Positions 49,652 through 63,003 of a stretch of DNA of 64,000 bases are shown in pieces. Source of the DNA: Octopus sinensis (taxonomy: Eukaryota); NCBI RefSeq assembly GCF_006345805.1, contig NC_042998.1, forward strand, positions 117,924,001 through 117,988,000, read 5' to 3'. Every line of letters starts with the position of its first letter. Positions within the stretch are counted from its first letter, which is position 1. The notes under the pieces were generated by a model. It worked only from the letters and a program-made list of their open reading frames with translations. It was not told where the DNA came from and made no database searches. The position numbers and the translations under genes are program-made.

Positions 49652-50569
49652 TGATGTGGTCAACTGCCTCATTCTGCTGGTTGCACATTCTGCATTTGGT
49701 GTTAGGGCATGTTTTCATTATTTTGCATTTATAATTGCAAAAACTGAACGTTTATACTACTGATTGCACAACCCGTGTTTATGACTGATATTATAAAGTT
49801 ATTTAATCTAAATTCTATACCTATATCTTTGCTGAAGAGTTTTAGCGATAGTATTAAAGAATTTATTTCATTTTTTTATTCTTTGCATTTTTAATACGTT
49901 ATGCCATAGGTTTTCTTATAATCTATCCATGCTAATCTTAAACCCGTCTCTCTAGATTTCACTTTCATCTCCCGTGTTAAATATGCCATGCATCAACTAA
50001 ACTTAGCAACTAAACCATTTCCTAATCACATGCACTGATTCAAGTATTATTTTCAGTAGTGTACTTTCAATGATATACGGTATGAGAAATTCCATCTTCT
50101 TATACGAGATTTGTGTGTCCTTTGAGATGGCCCAATTAGAGCTATCATGATTATTATAACATTCAATGTTGAAGCCCTTTGATTACACTGTGGATCAAAC
50201 TGCACGTTTTGATAATAACCTTGGATTCCCTTTCTCTCTCTCTCTCTCTCTCTTTACAATGTTATGATATGCAGACATTGCTATGTTAGTGAAGATCCAT
50301 ATCCTAGTCTCCCTCGGTAAGAGAAAGGTAACTCGCTGTTAGGTTGCATTTTCCTTTCTGTGAAGAAAAGGTGTGATGTTCATACCAATAGTCGATACAT
50401 CGTAGGTCTTACCTCCTGCATAGCTCCCAAAACATACCATTCAGCTTTCGTTTTGGTCTTCTCAGTAGTCCTTCTGGCTTTGGTTTAAATGTTCACTCTT
50501 CTTCTTGATTCTTTTTTATCATAGGTTTTTTTGCAACTCCTGTATTCCTGCAGTTTATAGCATCATGAT

Positions 50570-51170
50570 CCTTTCATATACGCACAAAAACTGTTGGAAA
50601 AGAATAATTCCACACATCAGGCAACAAAACGTAACCCAAAATTCCAAGATACATCCTAAGTATTTTAGCCGTCCCTAATAACACTACTTTCTGGAGCTGT
50701 ACTAAACTAGATTTTATGCCTATTTTCTCTATTTGTCTATTAAGACCCTTAAGGATTGTACCTAATGCACCTATAACTACAGGGATGCATTCTACCTGCA
50801 CTTTACATAATCTCTCTAACTCAAATCGATGCCTAGATCTCGGTGCTTTGCTACTTTCTCTACAACTCTCATATTGACTTTCTCATCATTTGAGAGTGTA
50901 AAGTCAATTATTTAGTACTTTCTATTCTCTTTATCTAGTAGTACTAAATGAGGTCTTCTAGCTGCTTTTATTCTGTCCGTCTGAATATGAAAGTCCCACA
51001 ACAACGTATATTTCATAATTTGTTGCACCTTTCTAGGTTCATGTTCATACCATTTATGAGTATGATCAAATCCTAGCTGTCTACGTAACGCCCAGTAGAT
51101 TACTCTCCCCAGGTTGTCGTGTCTTTTCTTGTATTCTTTCTGTGCCAGCACACTTCATTCATTTACGATA
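50570..51170 (-). mobile_element. R4/Dong-type RLE fragment
   Basis: LAQKEYKKRHDNLG, LLWDFHIQTD..RRPHLV, CIPVVIGALG. Confidence 0.75.
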
Positions 51171-53587
51171 TGATTAACATTTTATTTATATGAAAAGTTT
51201 CTTTACATACGTTGTTGCATTTCAAATTAAGCTATGTATTTAGCGTGTAGATTTGGTGGAAAATGTTCTCAGCGGGCAGTTTAACTTAATTGCTAAAGTC
51301 CTAAGCCGATATCAGGAAGGTGCAGGTTCGAGACTCGGGGCTGTCTGGTGACAACTTTTTCTGTCATATAAGGGTAAAGTACCCAAACTTTCTGCTGTTT
51401 TACGGGTATACCGCGTTTGAAATATTACTTTTTTGCCTATATGATGCGATATATATATATATATCATTCATCATGAAAACAAGGTTGTAAAAACGGTAAA
51501 AAAAATCACGTTCATATTTCTATCGTGATTACGTAGCATCTGATGGACTTAGGAAAGATCGCAAATGTGCTACTAAATACATTATTGTGACCCCGGCCAC
51601 GCCATTTTGTGGAGACGATATGTGCAGCAACTTCACTCAGTCAAATTCCCTCTCAAATATAAAACATTATGTAGTGTATACAACCAGTTTTCTGTAATAC
51701 TATCTAAAAACTCTTCAGCGAAGTCTTGACTGAAAATACACCTATAGCATTACAAACAGCATTATAAATAGCGAGCTTGTAATATCAATATATTTGCCAC
51801 TTATTGATTTTTGCTTTCTGTTTGTAGTTGAAAATGTGTGAAGACAATTTGTAAGAGCGATATTGTGTTCCCCCATTGAAAATTGTTGATAAAATCCAGT
51901 TTTACTAAAACGAATATAGCAAATACTGCAATTAAGCATTCCAATTATATGTCCAATGCTTTTTACTCATACGTGTATCGTAATTAAACAAAGTATCTCT
52001 ACATTAAACATCACTAGGATGTTTAATTTAGAAAGAGACGGAGGTCATTAAATTACAAATATAAACTTTTAATTAAAATTGCGGAAGCCAAATTCATCTC
52101 ATTTTCAATAATTGTCAGAGAATTGTTGCACTGAAATATGCAACGAGACAAAATTACGCTAACGAAACGTTGAAAATGAATACACTATCACCACTACATA
52201 TTTATCCAACCGTAATCTCAATTCAGCTGCTTAGCAAATATTTAACAACATCAATTATAAATGCCTTCTCATACTAATTGCATTTTCTGAAATACTATCG
52301 TGTAAACGCGATGCAGACATAACTATATCTAAATTACATTCACCGAATTCTTTTATTTATGATTAAAACACTTTGAACACTTAAAACACTATGTAACACT
52401 TTGAACAAATACTCATTTTCATCAGAGTACAATGTTCATAATGATAATAACTATTGTGCAAAGTATTTTTTAATATGTAATCTAGATAACGTGGACTTAT
52501 TAGACAGTCACTACCGCCCCAAACAGAGGAAAATACACACTTGCAGTTTAGTAATATACAATTGGTGTATGAGTGTTAGGTTAATAAATATACACTGGGG
52601 CGTTTGTAAACACAAAGTAGTATGGTAAATATATATCTTTGTTCTGTTTGCGTTCAGAACGATGAATAATGTCGTAGTATATTAATATGAAAACCATCCT
52701 AAAAATTAATAAATGACTGCCCTTGAGTATTCATGCACGCATACACACGCACAGACGCCATTATACACACAGCATTTCACATTATACACACAGCATTTCA
52801 CAAAGGAAAACATACTAGGCATAAAATAAATGAACAAATACAGAGACCTTTTACGGAATCTACACCGGTGCATTCACGCACCCAAATATGTCTTCTGTAA
52901 CACATTTACTCACAGAATCAACATCCTAATCAACAGGTGCACGCACACGCACTCCCCCACACACACACACACGCACACAGACATACACACACACACACAC
53001 ACACAAACACACATGTATGCGCACACACACACTCCCTATCCCTCTCTTTCTCTCCTTCCCACGTCCGTATTCCAACTCACATTCTTATTAGTATAAATAC
53101 AGAATCTGTAAACAGTTTCGCAAACAAACTCGCAGACAGATAAGCAGATACACCCTATGGCACAATGGCACAGCAAAAGTAGAGAGGGCATATTATTAAT
53201 GAGGATGCGAATGTCAACGAAATTAATCTTATATGGTTGACAATTAGTGGTCCGTTGTTTTTATCGAGGACTATAATTGATGAAATTTCCCTTTTCGCTT
53301 TGTCGCTTGAGTCATCATGGACAGGAATATATACTTTTCCCAGCTAAAGCATCAAACTTATTTGTAGGATTTTCTGTACTACAAGGGAGAATCTCCAAGT
53401 ATTTTTAGAGAGTTATTTCCGGAAGAAAGTTGAAGATTCATATACATATATATATATATATATATAATATATATATATATTATATAATACAAATATACAC
53501 AAGAGCATGCTCGGATTAATATTGCAAATGGGTATTATACAATATCTAGGTGAGCACAAATTTATATTTTCATCATGCTAAAACTTT

Positions 53588-53620
<33 letters not shown>

Positions 53621-55316
53621 TATATATAAAAGATAATTCTAAAACAGTAGAAACTTTTATATGTTATCTCTCTAGTTCCAATAATCGCAGCTTTATTTTG
53701 CTCTATGGTATCATATTCCTATTATTCCATCCCAAAAGTAATTCTCATATAACTGCTTTGAAATGCTCTGATAACACATTTACACATGTACACAAACTGA
53801 CACACGCGCTTACACACACACACATATGTTTGCGTATATATATATTCACACATACCTTAGCTTTCTAGAATCACACACAAGCAATTATAAACAAATCTCA
53901 TGACAAGCACGTTCAGTGATAAGTGTCGCGTGATGAAATACACAAAATTAGGCTTTCGGCCAAATATGTCATTTTGTTTTATATGCCAGTAATTGTGTAT
54001 TAAACTGTATAAGAATCCCATTTACGATTCATCTAATTCTCTAAGTCTCGCGAAGACAATATATTTCTAATTACATATTTTTACAAAATCGATGAAACAT
54101 TTTAATAAAGAGCGAATCTCCTGAGATATTTAAAGTAATTCAACTTCTATTATTAAACTCACAGCAAATTTGCATAAAAGAAACAGAAACCAATTCAGCA
54201 TAATCATAGTTTAATGACACTGAATTTATAGACATTGTATATTATTAATGTTATTATATAAATTTCCAAAACATGCATTTGATAGAAAATTAATCAAGGA
54301 GAACTAAACAAGTTAAAACTCGTTTGATATATATTCCTTTGGTTATGCGCAAAACAATCGGTTTTTCTTGTTCTGAAGTCTATTATTCATACCAGTTGTG
54401 TTTATCGTCAAATTATACCTTTACGTTAAAAACATATACATCTTACCATATTTATTCCTTTTACTTTTATAAAATAAAGCTATTAGTATGCGTCCGTGTC
54501 CTTCCTGAAAATATTGCTTTTAATAGTCCACATCAATGGATTGCCGAAGGCACGAGAATCCTAAAACGTCCAAACGTGCTAGGAAGCATCCTGAAACCAA
54601 CGATGGAGATATTTGGGCCATTCTTACATCTTCGAAGATTCCTCTTTGTATTTTGGAATCTGAAAGACGACACTACAGTCGGAAGCCAACAGCGAAGGAC
54701 GAAAGGGTGACAATCGCTTACCTTCGTGTTACCATCGCAGTCCTTTGGTGACCGCAAGGTGGCGGCGCAGCCGAAGCTTGATGACCAAAGGGAGATAATC
54801 TTCTAGTGTTTAATTTTATAGAGAACCATTTCTCTCTCCATATTTTGAAGAGGTATTGGGCTGCAGTGTTTGGAGTTTGAAGATACGCCGTTAGGCTAAA
54901 TCCCTTATGAGCGAGAAACCCAGGAAAAACCCCATAAACCTGCCTCCATTATTATAATATGTATATGCATAAATATATATATATATATATTATATATATA
55001 TATATATATATACATACATACATACATCATAGTAAAAATAAAACGTATTCATCAGATAACTTATATACCAAAACAATGGAAGAACATTCCCTTTGCGCAG
55101 TGGGAACGTGTCTATTTGACAGCCTTGAATGGAAGAAATCAGAACCATTAATGAAGTGGAAGTGTATTGGGGTGAGATGATATTTATAGCCAACAACCTA
55201 GCTACTGGCCGGTCAGGATGTAAATTGGAGACTGCCACGTGATTCGTTATCAACGACTAAAGATGAATTGTAGTTATTAATATAAGCATTTTTTAATACA
55301 GTTTTATATTTCAGAG

Positions 55317-55495
55317 ATGAGAAATTATGTACATTATTTACATTTGATGGATATTTGGCCTCATCTTGTTTGTTGTTAACACAACGTTCCGGCTGATATA
55401 CCCTCTAGCATTCATCAGGTGTCTAAGATAAATTTCGAAACTGGGTTCTCATTCCTAAGTTATTTTTCGAAGTTGTTATTATTATTATTATTATT
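55317..55495 (-). mobile_element. Tail of tRNA-derived SINE (hammerhead-like motif at 55378-55423)
   Basis: Matches 5885-6020. ACAC-CTGATGA-ATGCTA..CAGCC-GGAAC-GTT-GTGT. Confidence 0.75.
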
Positions 55496-55662
55496 TTTTT
55501 TTCTTCTTTCAAATTTGCTTCCATTTCTTGCCGAGTGTCTTCCCGACTCCTAGGGCAAAGAAACTCATAGTATACATTGGTAGGCCATTAAACCAAACTC
55601 AATAGTTCGTTCATTTTTTTTTTTTTTTAAGTTAAATTAAAATACATGAGCAGCAACAATCC

Positions 55663-56535
55663 TCACATCGACAATGCTCTTCTCAATACGTGTGATGTAC
55701 CAGTTAAGACAATCTTTTGCACTTCTTGCAGGGATGGTAAGCCAGGGATCATTCTCATATAATTTTCGGTTCCCTTCTTGATCATTCCTAGTGCTCCTAC
55801 GATCATTGGTATTGTAACCGCCTTGAGATGCCACATTTTCTCAATTTCAATGAGTAGGTCTTTATATTTTCTGAGCTTGTCAAACTCTTTCGCTGAGATA
55901 TTATGATCACAGGGGATGCTCATGTCGATCAATAAGCAAACTTTATTGTTTTGATCTTTCACAACAATATCTGGTTTATTGGCCTTGATGGCTCGGTCTG
56001 TATGTACTGGAAAGTCCCACAGAATGGTTACATGTTCTCCTTCAGTTACAGCCTCAGGGTGGTGATTATACCACTTGTCGGCAGTTTTGATATTGTAATG
56101 CCGACTTATTAGCCAGTGGAGATATTGGCCAACTCTGTCATGTCTTAATTTATACTCCACTGGAGCTAAGACTTTACATCCAGAGATTAGGTGGTCCACT
56201 GTTTCAATCATGTCGTTGCAGAATCGGCATTTTGGGTCTGCTCCATTTTTCATCACATTGGCCTGGTAGTTCCGGGTTAATAGGCTTTGATCTTGAGCAG
56301 CCAGGATGAAACCTTCGCTCTCTGCTTTTAGCCCTGAGCTCCGTAGCCACTGATGGGTTTGCTTCTGGTCAACATCAGCTTGTTTGCTGCGGGTCACATA
56401 TTTGCCGTGCAGAGGTTTCTCCTCCCACCTATCAGCCAATTGCTCGTGCGCTTTTTTCATTGCCATTATTTTTTCCTTCTTTACAACAATAATTGCCGTA
56501 CTTCCCTCGGGTTGTTCTGTTTGGGTATCCTGCAC
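55663..56535 (-). CDS. CCHC finger plus restriction-like endonuclease domain (same protein, after the frameshift)
   Basis: RHDRVG, KPDIVVKD, LIDMSIP, KLRKYKDL. Confidence 0.85.
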   Translation of the reverse strand: MQDTQTEQPEGSTAIIVVKKEKIMAMKKAHEQLADRWEEKPLHGKYVTRSKQADVDQKQTHQWLRSSGLKAESEGFILAAQDQSLLTRNYQANVMKNGADPKCRFCNDMIETVDHLISGCKVLAPVEYKLRHDRVGQYLHWLISRHYNIKTADKWYNHHPEAVTEGEHVTILWDFPVHTDRAIKANKPDIVVKDQNNKVCLLIDMSIPCDHNISAKEFDKLRKYKDLLIEIEKMWHLKAVTIPMIVGALGMIKKGTENYMRMIPGLPSLQEVQKIVLTGTSHVLRRALSM

Positions 56536-56539
56536 GAGA

Positions 56540-58093
56540 TCAATAGCAAATTTTTTGCTTTCCTATTATAATAGAATGAAGCTTCTTTCGTCTCTCGTGA
56601 TTTTCCACGAGCTTTAGCATCCAGTCATTCGATATTTCGAGATATTTGGCCAGTCCAATTGTGGTTGTTTTGTAAGCTAGTTCAAATTGGATCAGGCCCC
56701 GACCTCCTTGGGCTCTGGGAAGGTAAAGGCGATCTACGTCTGCCTTTGGGTGGTGCATCCTATTACAACTCAGCAGCTTGCGTATTTTCCTATCTATATT
56801 CTTTACTTCACTCATATTCCAGTTCAACACATTGTAGCTATAAGTAACAACTGGAACTGCTAAGGAATTTATAGCTAACACCTTGTTACGTGCATTTAGT
56901 TCAGATTTCAGGACTGCACGAAATCTCCTATAACATTCCTTCCTGATCTTCTCTTTCATGCTTGCATGCTGAATACCAGAGCCTTCATTTATCCCTAAAT
57001 ATTTGTATGTTTGTTCTTGCTCAAGCTCTCTTATGACTGTGTCAACATCTAACACGACTGAATTTGTGGTCTTCACTTTCCCTTTCTGGAAAGTGGCCTT
57101 GGCACACTTCTCAAGTCCAAACTCCATCCCGATGTCATCGCTGAATGCTTTCACAGTGCACAATAGGCCTTCAAGTTCATTATTGTCTTTACCATAAAGT
57201 TTTAAGTCATCCATATAAAATAGATGGTTTATTTTTTTATTGCCAATTTTATACCCATACCCTGTTCTGTTTAATTTACTTGTAAGGGGTATTAGGGCTA
57301 TGCAGAATATTAAAGGTGAAAGTGAGTCACCTTGAAAAATTCCACAGTTGATGTTTATATTTTCTGAGGCAAGTACTCCATTAGAGTGGTATAATTGGAG
57401 ATTCGTATTCCACAACGACATATTGTGCTTCAGGAAGTTTGAAGTCACAGAGGAAATTTTGAAGATGTCCAGCGATCTCAAGATCCATGGATGCGGTATA
57501 CTGTCGAAGGCCTTTTTATAGTCAATCCATGCGGTGCTGAGATTTCTGCGCTTGTTGTGACAGTTCTCAAGGATCATACGATTGATTAGCAGTTGATCTT
57601 TGCATCCGTAAGAGCCTCGGCGGCACCCTTTTTGTTCAATGGGGAAAATATCGTTCTTCTCCATGAATGCATATGTTTTCTCCGCCAGGATAGATGTTAG
57701 GATTTTATACGTGGTGGATAGACAGGTTATAGGCCGATAGTTTTTTGGAAGGTTGGTTTCGTTATTCTTTTGGAGTAGGTAAGTAATGTCACTTGCTAAC
57801 CATTCAGGTGTTTTCTTTGGGTCTCTCATAATTCCATTGAGCAGCTGAACTAGCTTACCGTGTGCGCATGGGAGCGATGCGAGCCAGAAATTCGGCACCC
57901 TATCTTTACCGGGGGATTTCCAATTATGGGCCTTCGTGAGTGCCTTTCTTAGGTCTGTTATTGTGATGTCTTCCCATGCTTGTTGTTGTAAATTTTGGTA
58001 GGATCCTTCAGTTTGTATAATCCAGTCTGCATTTATGTTGTACGTCTTCTTGTCACTCCAAATACTTTTCCAAAAGTTTTGAACTTCTTCCAT
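56540..58093 (-). CDS. Reverse transcriptase (R4/Dong-type), frameshifted at the C-terminus
   Basis: RT motifs as above; the frame extends upstream to the 5' junction without a start codon. Confidence 0.85.
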   Translation of the reverse strand: MEEVQNFWKSIWSDKKTYNINADWIIQTEGSYQNLQQQAWEDITITDLRKALTKAHNWKSPGKDRVPNFWLASLPCAHGKLVQLLNGIMRDPKKTPEWLASDITYLLQKNNETNLPKNYRPITCLSTTYKILTSILAEKTYAFMEKNDIFPIEQKGCRRGSYGCKDQLLINRMILENCHNKRRNLSTAWIDYKKAFDSIPHPWILRSLDIFKISSVTSNFLKHNMSLWNTNLQLYHSNGVLASENININCGIFQGDSLSPLIFCIALIPLTSKLNRTGYGYKIGNKKINHLFYMDDLKLYGKDNNELEGLLCTVKAFSDDIGMEFGLEKCAKATFQKGKVKTTNSVVLDVDTVIRELEQEQTYKYLGINEGSGIQHASMKEKIRKECYRRFRAVLKSELNARNKVLAINSLAVPVVTYSYNVLNWNMSEVKNIDRKIRKLLSCNRMHHPKADVDRLYLPRAQGGRGLIQFELAYKTTTIGLAKYLEISNDWMLKLVENHERRKKLHSIIIGKQKICY

Positions 58094-58262
58094 GGGAGGG
58101 GGGTATTTAACGGTTACTTTCTCCTTCCCTATTTCTCTGTAGAATTTTTTGGCATTGGAGGTGAACAGCTTATTTTGCTTGTAAAACTTGTTTCTCTTCT
58201 CAAATCTTCGTATTCTTTGGGCTTTTGCTTGGACTTTTTGTTTCAGCGTTTCTTTTATTGAT

Positions 58263-58361
58263 ATTATTATTATTATTATTATTATTCAGGTCACTGCCTG
58301 AAATCGAACTCAGTATCTTGGGGTCAGTAGCCCGCGCTCTTAATCACTACGCCATATGCCC
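58263..58361 (-). mobile_element. Head of the tRNA-derived SINE split by the R4/Dong insertion
   Basis: GGGCATATGGCGTAGTGATTAAGAGCGCGGG...GAGTTCGATTTCAGGCAGTGACCTG-(AAT)n. Confidence 0.8.
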
Positions 58362-58399
58362 AGAGAAAAAAAGATGACCGTAGATGACTAAAATTGATT

Positions 58400-59101
58400 T
58401 AAACCGGAAATATATACTCTAATCTGTGCTGCCCAAAATCAAGCACTAACAACACACTACATAACATACAGAATAGACAACACAGCAGAAAGTGAGAAGT
58501 GCAGAATCTGTGGACAAAACAGTGAAATTCATGGCATATTACGAGCCAATGTACACCACTAGCCCAGAGGGAATATAAGAGACGCTACGACAATATAGCC
58601 AGGCTTGTCCATTAGACACTTTGCAACAAGTATGGACTTGGCAGAGCAAAAAAATTGGTATGAGCAAACGCTTGAAGACATCGTCGAAAATAGAAATGCA
58701 AAGATCCTATAGGATTTCATGATTCAGTGCGACCATGAGGTAGAGAATAGGAACCCAGACATAGTCTTAATTGAGAAAGGAAACAAACGATGCTGTATCA
58801 ACGATGCTGTATCATACCCAGCTGACAACAAGATATGCGATAAGAAAGAAAGCTTGGGAGATTAAGCAGTTGTGATCGATGGAAAAGGTAGCAGTAGCAC
58901 CAATAATTGTCGGAGCCCTGGGAAGAGTGAGCAAAAACTCGAGAAATACGTGGGCCGCAATAAGGGTGGAGCACTGGCAGAAAACAGAACTGCTTGGAAA
59001 CGCCCGAATACTCCGGAAGGTGCTCGAAAAATAAAAGGCGTTACCTTAGTTTACTGGTTGTGAACAGCAGACACCGCAGTACATCTCCAGCGTTAGAAGC
59101 T

Positions 59102-59138
<37 letters not shown>
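58400..59138 (+). mobile_element. Degenerate R4/Dong RLE 3' fragment with (AAT)n tail
   Basis: KCRICGQNSE, REYKRR, RNPDIVLIE pieces; many stops. Confidence 0.7.
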
Positions 59139-59829
59139 GTCTACACAATCATATACATATTTTGATACCCATAGGACTACACATAGATCTCAAAGTTTAC
59201 ACCAATACGTGCAATTTACAGGACACACTCACGCATATGAAAGCACGCATCACAAAGGAAGCAAAAACAAAATCAAAACATTTTCCTTTTTTTATTTTCA
59301 TTCTTATATAGATATAAGTATTAGAGACAGAGGTATAGTCGAACTAACACAGACCACACTACCAGAGTGAACAATTCATAAGTTTAAAAACACCACAAAA
59401 AAACTATGTTCGGAGATAAATTTATCAACACAAAAATTACTGACGAATGCAGATCTGCTAGCCTTAAGAAGCTACGATATGAACAATGTTTACATGCGGA
59501 GAACACGAAGACGGTGTGGTCGCAAAAAATTAACCCTAAAATGACAGATCCGTCTCCTGATGTCAATGTCGAAACTCGTCATGCTTCACTGTTTACAAAA
59601 CAAATTACAAACCGGATTGGTCATCGACCGTATTACAAAAGACCACATACTCGAATGTTGAACTAGATTCGAATTGGAAGATCAGCTACTTATTCAAATG
59701 TTACCAACATACAGGAGCTGGAAGTACCCCACAACCGGAATATTCCAACAGATGGCCATTCATGCCCGTCATCAAATAGCCAAAAGAAAAAGAATTAAAA
59801 ATGGTTTGGGAAGATAATAAAGAAGTTCT

Positions 59830-60200
59830 TACGACCGTCTACCATGGCATTGTTAAACAATTCAGTGATGACATCATAATGCAATTTGGCCTCGATAAAT
59901 GTGCAAAAGCTACCTTTATCAAAGGAAAAATGACAGAAACATGTAACGTTAACCTTGACCAGCAGAATGCCATAAAAGAGTTAGACCCAGCGGAGAGCTT
60001 CAAACACCTTGGGGTAATTGAAGGGGACGGAATCAAGCATCCAGTGATGAAGGAAAGGATCAGGAGAGAATGTTATTGCAGAGTAAGAGTAATACTCAAG
60101 ACAGCTGAATGCGAGAAACAGGATCGAAGCGATCAATGCTTTAGCCATACCAGTCGTGACTTACAGTTTCAATATCTTTCCAGTAATACCAAGTTCGCGT
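59830..60200 (+). mobile_element. R4/Dong RT fragment
   Basis: VKQFSDDIIMQFGLDKCAKATF...FKHLGV; homologous to the 56.9-57.2 kb region. Confidence 0.8.
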
Positions 60201-60209
60201 AGTTTGTGA

Positions 60210-61600
60210 TATGTCATCCCATGATCAACATTGTCAAAAACGTTGGCAAAGTCGAAAGGAAACTCTTAAAAATATCTGCAGTGGTTTTGCGGGAGATATC
60301 TTGCATGTTTTTTGGAAAACAGACGGAAACCCATCCTTGCCCGTTGCTGAGTTTGAGCTCATATCATCAGTTGCCGATATTACAGCTTCCTATTTTATGT
60401 CGATATAATCGATACTTGCTTTTTTCTCATCTAGGGTCTGGAGCGTTGAAGAACCCTTTAGGCTCACCCACTTGCAATCTTCCCGATGGAGAAGACACCC
60501 TAGAATTGCTTTATTCTAGTACTTCAGCTATCTTGTAGTGCATTGAGTCAGATTCTTTTGCGAACTTCTAGAAGACTTTGGCACTTATTTTCCACAGCCC
60601 TGGTTTTTTCTTTATACACTTTGCTTTACATGTGAGAGTCTTAGTTTATTTCCTATCACTAAAAGTCTCTCTTCTAGGATGAGTTTCTCATTGTCAATAT
60701 GTTGTTTATTTAAGCGATTGATATCTTTATTTTCTCTCTCTCATAAGGACTCTCCTGACTGAAGAAATGATGTTTTTTATGCAGTTGCTCAATTCTCTGG
60801 AATAAATCTAATGCATATGGCTCGCTTTATTGATATGAATTTTTCAAGTTCCATATCAATGTCTTGAATAGAGGAATTTTAGGCCAATTTTGCTGAATAT
60901 TCCATTTTACAATTGACTTCCAGTGAGCCTTGTAGAAGCTTAGATTAGACAGGATTTGGGTGCGCCTGTGTTAAATCCATCATTTATCTGAGAAGATTGT
61001 TGGTGTTATTTTCAAGTTGGGGATAAGACCCATATTCTTGGTGAAACAAGGTCAAATGTTATCATTCTTGGTTGTGGAGAGTATTGTTTGCCCCATTGAA
61101 TATCCTTTTTGTGAAGTCAAGTGGAGTTTCTGCTTTGAACGCTCTTTGTCATTTGTGAGGTTATGTGATCATCGGGCCATTTGAAGTTGGTAAGTTAAAG
61201 TCACCCATCAGATGTATATCAATACTTTGATCCAGTTATATTAGCACTTCTTTTATCATTGCAAGACTGCCTTCAAGTTTACCATTGTGATTTGAGGCAT
61301 CAGGTGTGTGATAGTGTGTGTATATCATCACATCGAGTTGCATTAAATGCACTATGAGTGTCACATATCGAGTTTGAGTGTGACAACAAGTTTGGAGGTG
61401 GAACATCTTCGCGGATGCACAATGCAACTCCACCGGGACTTATCCCACTTCTGCCTGCGCGGAACACTGCGTACTTTGGTATGTGCATCTCGGCGTTATT
61501 TACATCTGCAGAGAAATGTGTCTTTGTAAGTGCAATGCATATCTCGATTGTATACAGAAAGATCCCTCAGATATGGAATCTTTCGATTGCTGTAGCTTTG
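60210..61600 (-). mobile_element. Degenerate CR1-like LINE (APE and RT pieces, internal deletions)
   Basis: YAVFRAGRSGISPGGVALCIRE (APE), DMSSNSATGKDGFP, DFANVFDNVDHG. Confidence 0.65.
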
Positions 61601-61939
61601 TAAGAGTCCTCTAATATTTAAGAGAATATTGTCAGCTTTGTGATTGTCGGCTTTGCGGGACTGGTAGCCATCCTAGTCTGTTATATGTAGCGGTTTTGTT
61701 GGTGGGTGTGTTTGACTTAGTCGTGTTTGCACCCTTGCTAGCTGCAACACCATTTTTTGGGCCACACCTAAAATATTTTGTTGCTCGATAGTTGCAAATA
61801 GCACTGCATCCGTCGTTTGTAGCGTGAAGTGAAAAGTGGAGGGAAAGTAAGAAGAGAAGGCAAAACATGTGAGAGAAGGGGAACGAAAGAACGAAGAGTG
61901 AAATGAACGAATAAGCGTGAAAGGGTTGATAGAAATAGA

Positions 61940-63003
61940 ATTATACAAGATTTTGACCGACCAGTCCGTCATGCGTCCATTTGACACCGCTGATCACAGC
62001 ACGCTGTCCATTCCTCTCTGGATCGCGCCTTTCTCATCCACGTGATCCCAATCGTCCTCCTGAAATCGTAACTCCACCGTCGGGGAGGACTTCCGGGTGG
62101 TCTTATCCGCTCGCGCGGGTACCACTCGACAACTGCGTGCGTCCAGCGATTATCGGTGAGCCGGGCGACGTGTCCAGCCCACCTATACTTGCTGCGTGTA
62201 TACTCTGCGATGACATCTCTCACGCCGGACTTCTTTCTGATGATCTCGCTATTTATGTGCTCTCTCAACGAGATACCCTGCATTAACCTTTCCATGGTTC
62301 TTTGAGCCGTTACCAGTCTTTGCTCTTCTCTCTTTGTGGTAGCCCATGTTTCACTACCATATAACATTGCAAGCAGAACTGCACTGTTAATGAGGTTGGC
62401 GCGGGTGGTCTTGTCCAACCTTCCCTTAAGCACATCCCTTATGCCATTGAACGCCTTCCATCCGGCCCTTACTCTCATTGAGATCTTCTTTTCGATATCT
62501 CGGCACATATTTACTTCCTGTCACAGGTAGACATATTCCCTTACCTCCTCTATTTCATCACTGCCGATCACCATTCGACCTGTTGGTACGTTGTCTGACC
62601 GCATGAACTTTGTTTTCATGCGGTTCATCTTGAGACTTACTGCAGAGCTTTTGATGTCGAGCTCCGTCAGCATGAGCTGAAGCTGATCCCTGTTTTCAGC
62701 GAAACGGAGGTGGGTGAGGAGTTCGCCATTAATGTTGACACCACCTTGCCAGTCGATACCTCTGATGATCTGTTCGAGACATGCAGTGAAAAGTTTTGGG
62801 GAGATTGTATCTCCTTGCTTCACTCCCTTCTCGACCGGCACTCGTATGGGTGATGACAGTAGAGCTATGTCGGTGGTGCATCCGGAATTTGCCTCTCTGA
62901 GCAGCTGCACATATTGCGCTTCGACTCCTTGCCTCTGCAGCGAGTTCAGCACTGCGTTGGTTTCGACGCTATTGAAGGCATTCTCATAGTCTATAAACGC
63001 AAG
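61940..63003 (-). mobile_element. RTE-clade LINE, 5'-truncated
   Basis: LAFIDYENAFNSVE, GVKQGDTISPKLF, LRFA(DD deleted), YGSETW, RWAGHVAR, GSPPRRW. Confidence 0.9.

Larger units (their letters stand above)
55496..58262 (-). mobile_element. Young 5'-truncated R4/Dong-type RLE LINE
   Basis: Reading frame open from about 58260 through the RT (NYRPITCL, GIFQGDSLSPL, LFYMDDLKLY). One frameshift near 56560 leads into CRFCNDMIETVDHLISGC and the PD..D..K RLE. (TAA)n on both sides. Confidence 0.95.

Noticed and set aside
54480-54800. CpG-richer block with ORFs on both strands
   Set aside because: No recognisable protein or element signature.
59560-59590. CTGATGT...GAAACTCGTC hammerhead-like string
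   Set aside because: Core broken and stem II absent.
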